DNA of 64,000 nucleotides from Parcubacteria group bacterium LiPW_15 (GCA_007375645.1 VMER01000001.1:134256-198255); one strand, 5' to 3'. Counted from the stretch's first letter, positions 9,456 through 18,993 are shown. Translations and numbers: made by a program. Notes: generated from the sequence alone by a model not told the origin.

Positions 9456-9638
9456 CTATTGCAGTCCTGCGGTCGTAGAGCACTTCTCGATTATTATCGG
9501 AGCCCGTGAATCTTTTTTTCCGTAAAGCTCTCCGATATAGAAGCTCAAGGCGAGGGCCAGAACAGCCAGAATGGCCCAAAAGACCATATGTTTATTGGCT
9601 AAAGTCTTCTCACTCCCCTCTCCCATGAACATTGACAT
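9456..9638 (-). CDS. Small hypothetical membrane protein
   Basis: 60-aa ORF with one predicted TM helix. Support is weak. Confidence 0.25.
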   Translation of the reverse strand: MSMFMGEGSEKTLANKHMVFWAILAVLALALSFYIGELYGKKDSRAPIIIEKCSTTAGLQ

Positions 9639-9699
9639 GATATTAACTATAGCATAGAATAGATACTCGTTAGCGCTGTAAACAATTATTTAAACAAAT

Positions 9700-9972
9700 A
9701 TGGCACATACAAAAGCGCTCGGCTCTACAAAGTTAGGCCGCGATTCACGGGCCAAGAGACTGGGCGTAAAAATTCAGGATGGGCAGAAAGTGATGACCGG
9801 TCAGATAATTTTGCGTCAGCGCGGAACCCATTACCTTCCGGGAAAGAATGTTAAACTCGCCAAAGACGATACCATTTTCGCAATGAAAAACGGTATTGTT
9901 AAATTCGGCGTCACCATGAAGACCAAATTCGACGGAAATCGCAGGAAGGCAACCATAGTCGCAGTGGTCTAA
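9700..9972 (+). CDS. rpmA: 50S ribosomal protein L27
   Basis: [16 protein letters not shown]... matches the L27 signature. Confidence 0.9.
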   Translation: MAHTKALGSTKLGRDSRAKRLGVKIQDGQKVMTGQIILRQRGTHYLPGKNVKLAKDDTIFAMKNGIVKFGVTMKTKFDGNRRKATIVAVV

Positions 9973-10038
9973 CCAAAAGATTTTTTCAAAAACCCTCCGA
10001 GTTCCGGAGGGTTTTCGGTTTATTTTGCACCGAGCCGT

Positions 10039-10473
10039 TCATTCCGCCTCTATTTTAATTTTTAGCTTAGCCATTATTCCCTTGGGCAAGTGAGCTTCCG
10101 CTTCATGGACCCCAAGTTCTTTTAAAGGTTTTGATATTTTTATTTCAACCCTGTCTTTGGTTATCAGTCCGGTATCACGCAAGCCCTTCAGGATATCTTC
10201 TTTATTCACAGATCCGAATACCACGCCTTTTTTGTCTACCTTCAGATTAAACTGGAGTTCCCGTTCGGATAGGAGTTTTGCCAGCCTCTCTAGTCTTTCT
10301 TCGGTTGCCTTGTCGTTTTTTTGAATCGCGGAAAGTTCTCCAAGGCTTTGTTCATTCGCAATCCGTGCCAATTTTTGAGGAAGCAAAAAGTTTCGCGCAT
10401 ATCCGTCGGAAACACTCTTTACATCATTTCTTTTTCCAATGCCGCGAACATCACTTAGAAGAATTACTTTCAT
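10039..10473 (-). CDS. rplI: 50S ribosomal protein L9
   Basis: [10 protein letters not shown].....V..GYARNFL is the L9 N-terminal domain signature. Confidence 0.85.
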   Translation of the reverse strand: MKVILLSDVRGIGKRNDVKSVSDGYARNFLLPQKLARIANEQSLGELSAIQKNDKATEERLERLAKLLSERELQFNLKVDKKGVVFGSVNKEDILKGLRDTGLITKDRVEIKISKPLKELGVHEAEAHLPKGIMAKLKIKIEAE

Positions 10474-11684
10474 TATTTTTTAATTATGTTTTCCAGAACC
10501 TGGATGGCTTTATCGAGCTGAGGATCACGATTATTTTTTATGTCGTCGTCAGAAAGCTGTATCTCATAATCCGGTTTTAGTCCGCTGCCTTCGAGTATGT
10601 GTCCGGAAGGCAGAACCCAGTGGGCGATGGTAAGTTTAAGCTGGCTGCCGTCAGGAAGCTCCTTGAGCTGTTGGACAGTGCCCTTTCCGTAGCTGGTTTC
10701 GCCGACGAGCGGTATCTTAGCTTGGTCTCGGAGTGCTCCTGCCAAAATTTCGGAAGCCGAAGCGGAACCTTTATTTATCAATATTACGGTCGGAAATCCA
10801 TAAAGATCCGCGCTGCCGCTTGCTTTTAAGGTTTCGATCGGGCCGGTCTTGTCGTTTTCGCTCACCACTATCGTTCCGGATTTGAGGAACCAGCCGGCCA
10901 GATCTACGGCTACGTCCAGGAATCCTCCCGGATCGTCCCGAAGATCCAAAATTATACCTTCGGCATTATTCGAGGCCGCCTGTTTCAGCGCCCCGTAAAA
11001 ATCTTTGCTCGCATTGCCGTTGAAGTTGTGCAAAGAGATATGCGCAAATTTATTTTTCATTTCAAAATCCACGGTCGGCACTTCAATTCTGCCTCGTTTG
11101 ATACTTATATCTTTTGCCGCCGTCCAACCTTCGCGGAAAACATTCAAGACAACTTCGGTGTTCTCCGGTCCGCGGATATAATTTACCGCCTCATCAATTT
11201 GTATGCCGTCGGTAGAGGTAGAGTTGATCTTGAATATCCAATCCCCTGCCCTTAGCCCTGCCGCCGCTGCAGGCGAACCCTTGAGGGGTGCGATAACGGT
11301 GAGTTGTCCTTTTCTTATCCCAAGTTCGGCTCCGATTCCGCTAAAATTCCCCTGAACGTCTTCCATAAATTTCTTTCCCTCCTGCGGATTAAAATATTCC
11401 GAATAAGGATCGCCCAAGGACCCTACCAAACCTCTTATTGCGCCGTAGACCCGCGCCTGGCCGTCTATTTTGTCAGCCCTGAGATAGATGTCGTCTATAG
11501 TTTTCCAGGCCGACCAGAACGTGCGAAAATCAGCCGGAGCCTGCCCATCCACATTCGTCACCCCTTTTGCCACCACCACCTCCGGAGTTCTTTTTCCGAC
11601 TTCGTTTCCCCAGTAAAAACCGCTGCCCATGAGTGCTGCCGCGGAGAGAATCACTAATGTAAAAGAAATCAGCTTTTTTTGCAT
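10473..11684 (-). CDS. ctpA: Carboxyl-terminal processing protease, S41 family
   Basis: N-terminal TM helix, a PDZ domain and an S41 catalytic domain ([13 protein letters not shown]). Confidence 0.85.
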   Translation of the reverse strand: MQKKLISFTLVILSAAALMGSGFYWGNEVGKRTPEVVVAKGVTNVDGQAPADFRTFWSAWKTIDDIYLRADKIDGQARVYGAIRGLVGSLGDPYSEYFNPQEGKKFMEDVQGNFSGIGAELGIRKGQLTVIAPLKGSPAAAAGLRAGDWIFKINSTSTDGIQIDEAVNYIRGPENTEVVLNVFREGWTAAKDISIKRGRIEVPTVDFEMKNKFAHISLHNFNGNASKDFYGALKQAASNNAEGIILDLRDDPGGFLDVAVDLAGWFLKSGTIVVSENDKTGPIETLKASGSADLYGFPTVILINKGSASASEILAGALRDQAKIPLVGETSYGKGTVQQLKELPDGSQLKLTIAHWVLPSGHILEGSGLKPDYEIQLSDDDIKNNRDPQLDKAIQVLENIIKK

Positions 11685-11724
11685 TGCTTAATTTTACCCT
11701 ATTGGCCTTGAATGGAGCAACAAA

Positions 11725-11753
11725 TTGAAAAAATGCTTTAAATTTCTTATGAT
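11725..11753 (+). promoter_or_regulatory. Sigma70-like promoter TTGAAA-17-TATGAT
   Basis: Read from the sequence. The GTG at 11760 follows 6 nt after the -10 box, so the transcript may be leaderless. Confidence 0.4.
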
Positions 11754-11759
11754 ACAGAC

Positions 11760-12062
11760 GTGCCGATAGACTCCTCCTATCTCGACGAAATAAAGAAAAG
11801 GAAGAAAGATTCCAAGGTCTATAAGGAGTTTCAATTGACCGGATTGGAGATAGCCGAGATATTGGACGATGAAAAGCATAAGTCTTTATATATCAAGCTC
11901 GCAAAGACCAATTCCCGGCAAAAACTAATGTCAGTCGCGAAGGACGTGGCGGACAGGAAAAACGTTAAAAATATGGGCGCTTATTTTATGAAGCTATGGA
12001 AGGAATCCAAGATCGCGAAATCCAGAAAAAAGATAATTCTTGCTAAAAACGCAAAATATTAA
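11760..12062 (+). CDS. Hypothetical lysine-rich protein
   Basis: 100-aa ORF upstream of def. The start codon is uncertain. Confidence 0.4.
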   Translation: MPIDSSYLDEIKKRKKDSKVYKEFQLTGLEIAEILDDEKHKSLYIKLAKTNSRQKLMSVAKDVADRKNVKNMGAYFMKLWKESKIAKSRKKIILAKNAKY

Positions 12063-12575
12063 ATGGATCACATTTGGAAACTAGCCGATAAAAAAGAAGA
12101 GAAGCTGCTTCGAGAGAAAGCGGTTCCTTTTGATTTTAACTCCATGAGCCGAAAGGAGATCCAGGAGATGGTGACCAAGATGCGCAAAATGATGAAGGAG
12201 GCGAACGGTGTTGGGCTTGCTGCGAATCAAGTAGGTCTTCCCTTTCACATGTTTGTGGCCGAAGTTCCTGATGAAAAATCCGGCGGGAAAAAGTTCTACG
12301 CTCTTTTTAACTCCAAGGTAGAACGAAACGGCAAGGAAACCAACAAAGTGGAAGAAGGATGTTTGAGCGTTCCTTTGACCTACGGTGAAGTGGAGCGGCC
12401 GAGCCGCGTGACCTTAACCGGACAGGACAAAACCGGAAAGCTCGTGAAAATCAAAGCCTGGGGTCTTTTAGCTCGGGTTTTTCAGCACGAGACAGACCAT
12501 TTAAACGGTATTGTTTTTATCGATCGCGCGAAAACACTTTACGACCTAGTTTTAGAGGAAGATGAAAAACATTAA
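12063..12575 (+). CDS. def: Peptide deformylase
   Basis: Motifs GVGLAANQVG, EGCLS and HETDHLNG. Confidence 0.9.
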   Translation: MDHIWKLADKKEEKLLREKAVPFDFNSMSRKEIQEMVTKMRKMMKEANGVGLAANQVGLPFHMFVAEVPDEKSGGKKFYALFNSKVERNGKETNKVEEGCLSVPLTYGEVERPSRVTLTGQDKTGKLVKIKAWGLLARVFQHETDHLNGIVFIDRAKTLYDLVLEEDEKH

Positions 12576-13434
12576 ATATATATTTTTCGGTTCGCCTGAA
12601 TTCGCGCAGACTATTCTTTCCGCGCTTATAACCGCCGGACTTCCCCCGATCGCGGTCGTGACCAATCCGGATAGGCCTTTCGGGCGAAAGAAAATACTCA
12701 CTCCCCCGCCGGTTAAGCTTTTGGCGGAAAAATACAACATTCCTGTCTTTCAACCGGAAAAGATCGGCGAAGAATGCGTTGAGGAGGTAAAGACCTTAGA
12801 AGCCGAGGCTTTCGTGGTGGCAGCATACGCCAAAATAATTCCAAAAACATTGATCGATGCCGTCCCGTTGGGCGCCTTGGGGATTCACCCGTCTCTCCTG
12901 CCGCTCTACCGAGGAGCTTCTCCTATCCAAGGCGCGATATTGGGTGGAGAAAAAGAAACGGGGGTCGCAATTTATAAGATGGATGAAGCCGTTGATCATG
13001 GCCCGGTCTTTGCCGAGCGCAAAACCGAGATAGGAGAAAACGAAACTTACGCGGAACTCCAAAAACAGCTGGCGAAGATAGCCAGCGAAATGATCGTGGA
13101 AATTTTACCGAAATTCGCGAGTGGCGAAATGACTCCGGTGGAACAAAGGCACGATGAAGCCACACTCACCAAAAAATTTAAAACCGAAGACGGATTTATA
13201 AGCGAAGAAATGCTCGCTAAGGCATTGTCCGGAGAAAACCAGGAAGAAGCAGAACGAGTTAGCCGAACTATCCGGGCCTTAAATCCGGATCCCGGAGTTT
13301 GGACCCTTCGACAAGCTCAGGGCAAGCCTCAGAGAATAAAGCTTCTTTCGGCGAAACTCGAAAATGGGCAGCTAAAATTGGAATCTGTTCAGATGGAGGG
13401 CAAGACTCCGCAATCGGCAAAACTATATTTTTAA
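12562..13434 (+). CDS. fmt: Methionyl-tRNA formyltransferase
   Basis: Formyltransferase N-terminal domain (HPSLLPLYRG) plus a C-terminal domain, and def-fmt synteny. Confidence 0.9.
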   Translation: MKNIKYIFFGSPEFAQTILSALITAGLPPIAVVTNPDRPFGRKKILTPPPVKLLAEKYNIPVFQPEKIGEECVEEVKTLEAEAFVVAAYAKIIPKTLIDAVPLGALGIHPSLLPLYRGASPIQGAILGGEKETGVAIYKMDEAVDHGPVFAERKTEIGENETYAELQKQLAKIASEMIVEILPKFASGEMTPVEQRHDEATLTKKFKTEDGFISEEMLAKALSGENQEEAERVSRTIRALNPDPGVWTLRQAQGKPQRIKLLSAKLENGQLKLESVQMEGKTPQSAKLYF

Positions 13435-13449
13435 GGCAGAAAACGGGAT

Positions 13450-14109
13450 TTATTCGCCGATCTTATCCAAACCCCACTTGGTGAGAAGACCGCTCAAGAA
13501 ATCCCAGTTCAGATTTTTGAAGAAACCGTCGATATAAGTTTTTCGGTCTATCGCGTAATCGATAAAATACGCATGCTCGTAAACGTCCAGGGGCAGGATG
13601 AGGGCGCAGTTCCAGACGGAACCGATATTATGCGCGTCGCTTCCGTAGATGTGGAGTTTCATATCTCCGAAGTCATAACAGAGAACTGCCCAACCTCTCG
13701 AAGACATTCCGGTCGCGATCATTTCTTCCTTCCAAGCGTCAACGGAGCCGAAATCCCGTTCGATCATTTCAACCAGAGCGCCCTTGGGTGTGCCATCCCC
13801 TCCCAGGGCGGCAAAATAAAATTCGTGAAGCTTCATTCCGTTCACCGCGAAAGTTTCCTGGCGTCTTAGCTCTCCATATTCGCTGTATACGCCGTTCGCG
13901 GTCTTTTTATCCGCAGTCTCGAGCTTTTCTTGTATCTCGTTGGTCTTTTTTACGTAGCCTTCGTAAAGCTTGTAATGGTTTTGGAGCATCTTGAGCGACA
14001 ATCCTTCCAAATCTTTTTCTATTTCTAACTTTTTAGCTTCAAATGGTTTTCTCATGTTGTTTTTGATTGGTTTTATATATATTAGCATACCGGTTCCCGC
14101 TATTGACAT
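13450..14109 (-). CDS. Fe/Mn superoxide dismutase
   Basis: C-terminal DVYEHAYFIDY..R..YI..F...NW signature. Confidence 0.8.
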   Translation of the reverse strand: MSIAGTGMLIYIKPIKNNMRKPFEAKKLEIEKDLEGLSLKMLQNHYKLYEGYVKKTNEIQEKLETADKKTANGVYSEYGELRRQETFAVNGMKLHEFYFAALGGDGTPKGALVEMIERDFGSVDAWKEEMIATGMSSRGWAVLCYDFGDMKLHIYGSDAHNIGSVWNCALILPLDVYEHAYFIDYAIDRKTYIDGFFKNLNWDFLSGLLTKWGLDKIGE

Positions 14110-14130
14110 TGAGGCAATATATGATATAAT
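14103..14130 (+). promoter_or_regulatory. Consensus sigma70 promoter TTGACA-16-TATAAT for cassette 3
   Basis: Read from the sequence. An AGGGAGG Shine-Dalgarno follows at about 14155. Confidence 0.5.
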
Positions 14131-14168
14131 GTGGGCTGAACTCTAAATCAGAAAGAGGGAGGCACAAG

Positions 14169-14438
14169 ATGGCCAACCAGTTCAATCTTCCCGTTCCTAC
14201 CACGGCCGAGGACGTCGAGCAGGCCGCAACGTTCCTCGTCGAGAAGGCCAGGGAGCTCTTCGCTCCCGTCGCCGGCGACTTCGAGGGCGCGGATTGCGCC
14301 ATCGTGATGCCGACCGACTCGCTGGAGGTCGCGGAGCAGAAGGTTCTCGTGGCTGCCCACGTGGACACCACGAAGTTCCTCTACGACGCGGAATTCGAGG
14401 ACGCGGAGTTCGTCGAACCTTTCGTCATGACCGACTGA
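14169..14438 (+). CDS. Hypothetical acidic protein (GC-rich cassette 3)
   Basis: 89-aa ORF with markedly GC-rich codons, bracketed by its own promoter, Shine-Dalgarno and terminator. Confidence 0.5.
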   Translation: MANQFNLPVPTTAEDVEQAATFLVEKARELFAPVAGDFEGADCAIVMPTDSLEVAEQKVLVAAHVDTTKFLYDAEFEDAEFVEPFVMTD

Positions 14439-14462
14439 CCACCTTTCCCCTCTCCAAGTTCG

Positions 14463-14509
14463 GCCCCGACTTCGCTTGCCTCACGGCAGGCAGGGTCGGG
14501 GCCTTTTTC
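14463..14509 (+). terminator. Rho-independent terminator
   Basis: 9-bp GC stem GGCCCCGAC...GTCGGGGCC followed by TTTTT. Confidence 0.65.
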
Positions 14510-14522
14510 ATATTTAAACAAT

Positions 14523-14549
14523 AAAAAAGCGGAGAGTTTCCCCTCCGCC
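14523..14549 (-). terminator. Rho-independent terminator for cassette 4
   Basis: Hairpin GCGGAG-n8-CTCCGC with a T-run on the minus strand. Confidence 0.5.
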
Positions 14550-14571
14550 GGTAAGCAATACTCTTCTTCGG

Positions 14572-15171
14572 CTAAACGATCACGAACTTTACGACGCCTG
14601 GTCGAACGGTAACAGGTCTGATCCGGTCGGCAGCGGTCGCCAGGACAACCTCCTTGGGCGACATCTGCGGTCCGCCCAGCTTCCGAATTCTTCGGTTCAC
14701 TACTTCGATCACAGATCTCGGCATTCCCGAGAGCATCATGATGTGATTGCTTTCCGTCAACGAGAACTTTCCCTCCGTGAGCGTGTAGGCCACGCGAGCT
14801 GCGAGAGTGTAGTACTCGATCGCGGCTTCGAGGAGGGCGATCTCCGGACGGACGCATTTGTTTCCCAGTTCGATCTCGAACCTAGAGAAACCGAGCCGTA
14901 TCATGCGGCGCTCGTTTTCCTCCCATGAGAACTCTTCGATCGCGGCCATGAAAAATCCGAGTGTAAGGTCGGCGCACAGCTTGACCTTACTCCTCAGCGC
15001 TGCCACTTCCCGCGGGAAGAAAAAGCCTGCTTTCGCGATCTCTTCGAGGCTGTGGGTTCTGCAGAACCTAAAGTCGATTTCATGACCGACGATGATCTCC
15101 GCCGAGATGGTCGAGCGTTTGGTCACTTCTCGCATACAAACGCAGCACCGAACCAGTTTATAACCTGCCAT
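14572..15171 (-). CDS. Hypothetical protein (GC-rich cassette 4), contains an Rx4H motif
   Basis: 199-aa ORF, GC-rich, with a strong AAGAGGAGG Shine-Dalgarno. The RFCRTH segment is HEPN-like; this is speculative. Confidence 0.45.
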   Translation of the reverse strand: MAGYKLVRCCVCMREVTKRSTISAEIIVGHEIDFRFCRTHSLEEIAKAGFFFPREVAALRSKVKLCADLTLGFFMAAIEEFSWEENERRMIRLGFSRFEIELGNKCVRPEIALLEAAIEYYTLAARVAYTLTEGKFSLTESNHIMMLSGMPRSVIEVVNRRIRKLGGPQMSPKEVVLATAADRIRPVTVRPGVVKFVIV

Positions 15172-15248
15172 TGTTTCCTCCTCTTTCCGGATCGGAGTTC
15201 TGGGGCTTGGAACATCTTGCCACTTTCTAAAACAAGGGTCAAACCAAT

Positions 15249-16412
15249 CTATTTTAAAAGATTCCAGACAGCCGGATCGATGTCTCCGTCCATCTTGAAG
15301 AAAACCACGCCTTTAAGCCCGTATTTTTTCGCAAGTTTTACTTTATCTTCCATCGCCTTCGCGTCGCTTATCGTGAGGAACCTAGTTACCGCGGGCGCTT
15401 GAAACAATCCTTTCGGCGCGACAAGCGATGCCAGCCCATAGGTTAGATTTTTGGAAACATCTATCGGCGTTGAAGACGCGTAGACTATGGCGAGTTCGCC
15501 CCAGGAAGTTCTAAATGGCTGTAATCCAAGATTGTCCGCGTGCGCCATAGCCTGCATAAATGTGCGGCTCCTCAAGCGTTTGTAGGTCGCAATCCCGTCG
15601 TTCCAGGAAACCTCATATTCATAGCCATAGCTCGGAATGCCAAGCATTATTTTTTTGGCTGGCACCATTTTTATGGTCTCCTTAATAACCTTTTCCACCC
15701 AGTCCGGATCGGCGACGGGCATATAGAGTCCCCCATTTCCTTTCTTCGCATTCAGCGTGATGTCCACTGCCTGCTGGTCGTAAGCCATAATGCGAATTTC
15801 ATCACAATATTTGTTGAGAGTTTTATAGTCGTTTGCATATTCCATCGTCTTCGGCGGATTTTTAAAGCGATCGGCCAAAGGCATTCGCGATTCAACGGTG
15901 CAGGTCAAGGTCTTCCCCATCGGTTTGAGGCGAATAGAAAGTCCGTAGATAAAAGTATTGAAATATTCCCTGGTCTTAGCCCACTTGTCTTCGTAATCGA
16001 TATCTATGCCGTCGAAATTATTATCTTTAACAAGTTTGGCGATGATGTCCTCGTGTTTAATTCTTCGGGTTTTGTTCGAGAGCAGGGTGTGAACGGCATC
16101 ACCGTCTAAAAGAGCGATGGTTGGGATAACTTTCACTCCTCCGTCTTTGACCGCATCAAGCCAGCCATCCCAGGAACCATTCTCGATCCGGAGGGAGTCC
16201 TTCAGGGTGCCATTGGCGTTCACTTCATAAGAAAAAGGGCTGATAGAGGCAAATTTCTCCATTCGAAGGGCAAAATCCCGGGCTCCCTCCCCTTTCTTCC
16301 AGAATGGAAGCCAGGCGGAATACTTGAGGGATGCGGCAAAAGAAGCGCTCGGAACGAGGGTGAAGACAAGGGTTGCTAAAGCAAGAATCCTTTTGGTAGT
16401 ATGGCGGTACAT
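15249..16412 (-). CDS. Glycoside hydrolase family 18 (chitinase-like) secreted protein
   Basis: Signal peptide plus the GH18 catalytic motif DGIDIDYE. Confidence 0.8.
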   Translation of the reverse strand: MYRHTTKRILALATLVFTLVPSASFAASLKYSAWLPFWKKGEGARDFALRMEKFASISPFSYEVNANGTLKDSLRIENGSWDGWLDAVKDGGVKVIPTIALLDGDAVHTLLSNKTRRIKHEDIIAKLVKDNNFDGIDIDYEDKWAKTREYFNTFIYGLSIRLKPMGKTLTCTVESRMPLADRFKNPPKTMEYANDYKTLNKYCDEIRIMAYDQQAVDITLNAKKGNGGLYMPVADPDWVEKVIKETIKMVPAKKIMLGIPSYGYEYEVSWNDGIATYKRLRSRTFMQAMAHADNLGLQPFRTSWGELAIVYASSTPIDVSKNLTYGLASLVAPKGLFQAPAVTRFLTISDAKAMEDKVKLAKKYGLKGVVFFKMDGDIDPAVWNLLK

Positions 16413-16465
16413 AAGAATATGATACTTTGGATCATTATAAAACCAAAATCTTAAAAACTGTCAAA

Positions 16466-16870
16466 ATGACCGGATTACCAAAACAATTTGAGCTCGGAAT
16501 TAATGAGATCGACGCTCAGCATGTGGAGTTTATTAAAATGCTGAGGGAGCTAAAGGCCAGGATGGGCTCTTCCCCGAGGCAGGAAGAAATATGCGTGTAT
16601 TTGGAACGGCTAAACAATTACGCGAAAGCCCACTTTAAGACCGAGAAAGAATACATGGACCGCTTTAAATATCCGGATATCGCCGGACATCTTACGGAAC
16701 ACGCTCACCTGCTTCAAGCGATAGAGCAGTTGGAGGGAAAATATACGGCAGAAAATTCTTCCGTGGCCGTTTATGCCCTTATTGATTTTATGGAAACCTG
16801 GCTTTTGGAGCATATTCCGATGTACGACAAAAAATTTGCCGAGTATCTGAGAGAGAATGTGATAGAATAG
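16466..16870 (+). CDS. Hemerythrin-like (bacteriohemerythrin) protein
   Basis: Hemerythrin H..xxxE / H..xxxH pattern. An alternative upstream start at 16427 is possible. Confidence 0.7.
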   Translation: MTGLPKQFELGINEIDAQHVEFIKMLRELKARMGSSPRQEEICVYLERLNNYAKAHFKTEKEYMDRFKYPDIAGHLTEHAHLLQAIEQLEGKYTAENSSVAVYALIDFMETWLLEHIPMYDKKFAEYLRENVIE

Positions 16871-16898
16871 ATGGAAAGGTTCATAAATATTAACTTAA

Positions 16899-17300
16899 AT
16901 GGAAGATAAAAAAGGAATGAAAGAGTGCTGTGATAATTGCGGTACATGCGAGAACGGCGCTTGCTCCGTTTCGGGTCACGGGCATATGGGCATGTGCAGT
17001 TACGGAGGCTGGCATGGGAGGTGTGGAATGGGCCACTGGGTCCTGCGCGCTATTGTCGGCATCGTAATACTAACTTTCGTATTCTGGGCCGGTATTAAGC
17101 TCGGCGAGCTCAGATCTATGCTTTACAACTCGGACTTCGGTTATGGAATGATGGGCGGAAAATCCGCTGTCTCCAACATGATGCGAAACAAATTTTTCTA
17201 TAACGTGGATCCTTATGACCAGAGCTGGATGATGGGCGGCTACCCCTCCAATCTGGAAACCAAAGCGACTCCGTCTGGGACTGCTATTCCCGCAAAGTAG
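16899..17300 (+). CDS. Hypothetical Cys/Gly/Met-rich membrane protein
   Basis: 133 aa with an N-terminal Cys cluster (CCDNCGTCENGAC) and one TM helix. Confidence 0.45.
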   Translation: MEDKKGMKECCDNCGTCENGACSVSGHGHMGMCSYGGWHGRCGMGHWVLRAIVGIVILTFVFWAGIKLGELRSMLYNSDFGYGMMGGKSAVSNMMRNKFFYNVDPYDQSWMMGGYPSNLETKATPSGTAIPAK

Positions 17301-17310
17301 TGTGCTATCA

Positions 17311-17344
17311 AAAACCCGGATAGTCTATGGACTATCCGGGTTTT
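17311..17344. terminator. Bidirectional palindromic terminator
   Basis: Palindrome CCCGGATAGTC-TATG-GACTATCCGGG flanked by an A-run and a T-run. A related copy lies at 34590-34625. Confidence 0.6.
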
Positions 17345-17346
17345 AG

Positions 17347-17592
17347 TTAGGGGCGGTTGTGGCGCATATTATCCAGGGCCCAGGTGTATTCGATGATGAG
17401 AATCGGAATCCATTGAGGCTCTTCATGGATAATGAACATATATATTCCAAAAAGGCCGGCCAGGGTGTTTATGATAAAGAAGGCTACGTCGAAATGCTGT
17501 TCATGGCGAGACTTACTTTCGTTATTCGTGATGTATAAAAACCATTTCCAAAGCATACATAAATTATACCGTTCAATTGATTTTTGAGCCAA
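17347..17592 (-). CDS. Small hypothetical membrane protein
   Basis: 81-aa ORF with two predicted TM helices. The start is uncertain. Confidence 0.3.
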   Translation of the reverse strand: MAQKSIERYNLCMLWKWFLYITNNESKSRHEQHFDVAFFIINTLAGLFGIYMFIIHEEPQWIPILIIEYTWALDNMRHNRP

Positions 17593-17648
17593 TTTTGGGG
17601 ATAATGAACCAGTTGATGGATATTGAGGTTAGGTTGAATTTTGTATAT

Positions 17649-17719
17649 TGCGGGGTCGTCTAACGGTAGGACATCGGCCTTTGAAGCCGAGTATTTTGGT
17701 TCGAGCCCAAACCCCGCAG
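17649..17719 (+). tRNA. tRNA-Gln (anticodon UUG)
   Basis: Hand-folded cloverleaf. Acceptor UGCGGGG/CCCCGCA with U1-A72, D stem GUCU/GGAC, anticodon stem UCGGC/GCCGA with loop CUUUGAA, T stem UUUGG/CCAAA with loop TTCGAGC. CCA is not encoded. Confidence 0.75.
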
Positions 17720-17837
17720 CAAGCGAGCAAAGGCGAAGCGCAGTGGCCAGGCCAGCAGGCAGTGGCTACAAGTATGACCAACTCATGATAGGTTATCCCG
17801 CTCGAGGAGCGCAAAGGTCGTCATATCAAACATCAAT

Positions 17838-18071
17838 ATGCTTACCGAAGAAGAAAAGAGTTTTTTGACAGGTCAATTCTTAAACCCCACTTTTGGCGAG
17901 GTAAATACGGAGGATCAGGAGAATTCGACGACATTTTCTTTTGCTCCTGCAAATCCTCAAAAAGAAGTTGAATCAATTTCAGAATTTCTTGCAAAATTCC
18001 CTCGTTGGGAACTAACAAAAGAAACTGATTCAGCAGGGAAAAAATTTGTACAGATAACACTAAAGAAATAA
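17838..18071 (+). CDS. Hypothetical protein
   Basis: 77-aa acidic ORF at the island edge. Confidence 0.35.
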   Translation: MLTEEEKSFLTGQFLNPTFGEVNTEDQENSTTFSFAPANPQKEVESISEFLAKFPRWELTKETDSAGKKFVQITLKK

Positions 18072-18095
18072 GTTGACCGGATCCCACCAAAGAAT

Positions 18096-18119
18096 CCACT
18101 CGCCTCTGAGTGGTTTTTT
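18096..18119 (+). terminator. Rho-independent terminator
   Basis: Hairpin CCACTC-GCCTCT-GAGTGG followed by TTTTTT. Confidence 0.6.
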
Positions 18120-18255
18120 GGTGGAATTTGACATATTATAATGGCATCAAAAATGTCTGAATTCTATTCTCCAGCTCCTCAAGAATCGCAAGTTTTGGAG
18201 CCTCCTTTTCTAAGCTCATCGTTTATAATTATAGCCCTCGTAACGCCTTATTACA

Positions 18256-18993
18256 TCAGTAGCTCAATAAGCTTTTCGCTTGTATCTCCTTGATTCCATT
18301 TGGAAGCAGATGGTAAAATCCATCCTTAACTGCAATAAATTTTTCAACCCTCATTGATTCAACGGTTTTATTGAAACGACTTCGATTGTTATCTTTCGTT
18401 TTCGAAAAAAGGAATTCAATATCCCGTTTTTGTTTACTGAGCAATACTAATATCTCTTGCTTTACAAGGAGGTCTTCCCTCGCTATAAATTCTTCGCCCT
18501 CAATTTCAAAAATAACTGGATAATTAGGGACGGCAATTTTATCAATAATAGCTTGGGCTTCATCCATGGAATAATTCCCGTAGACTCGGATTAACTCTGC
18601 CATAATCCAATTAGCGGAGGACAGAACAAAGCTTGCGTCAATTTTATTTGCACTGAATCCACCGAGATGTGCAACATTCCGATTGTTTCTAAAATCGAGG
18701 AGTAGTTTTGTTAAAACAGTAACTTTTTGACGAACATGCTCATCAATGACTGGGTCGTTAGTGACTTTATTAATAATGGTTGTTTTCTCTGCTGCTTTAA
18801 TATCCTGACCAGGCGGAGTGATGGGTATATCAAGCAAATGTTGGAAAATCCTTAAAACTGCCTCGGCAAATCTGCCTCCATTAAGCTGACTTGGCCCGCA
18901 ATCATTCAGCTGAAAGCGACGTTTGATCTCCACATATTCTGCGAAGAGACTGTCCTCAAGATTGTCGGGTATGGTTTTAAGACTTTTCGCCAT
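18256..18993 (-). CDS. Hypothetical protein with HEPN-like Rx6H motif (possible abortive-infection/DUF4145-like)
   Basis: The motif RNNRNVAHLGG fits the HEPN R-x4-6-H pattern. Start chosen at MAKSLKT. Island gene. Confidence 0.4.
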   Translation of the reverse strand: MAKSLKTIPDNLEDSLFAEYVEIKRRFQLNDCGPSQLNGGRFAEAVLRIFQHLLDIPITPPGQDIKAAEKTTIINKVTNDPVIDEHVRQKVTVLTKLLLDFRNNRNVAHLGGFSANKIDASFVLSSANWIMAELIRVYGNYSMDEAQAIIDKIAVPNYPVIFEIEGEEFIAREDLLVKQEILVLLSKQKRDIEFLFSKTKDNNRSRFNKTVESMRVEKFIAVKDGFYHLLPNGIKEIQAKSLLSY

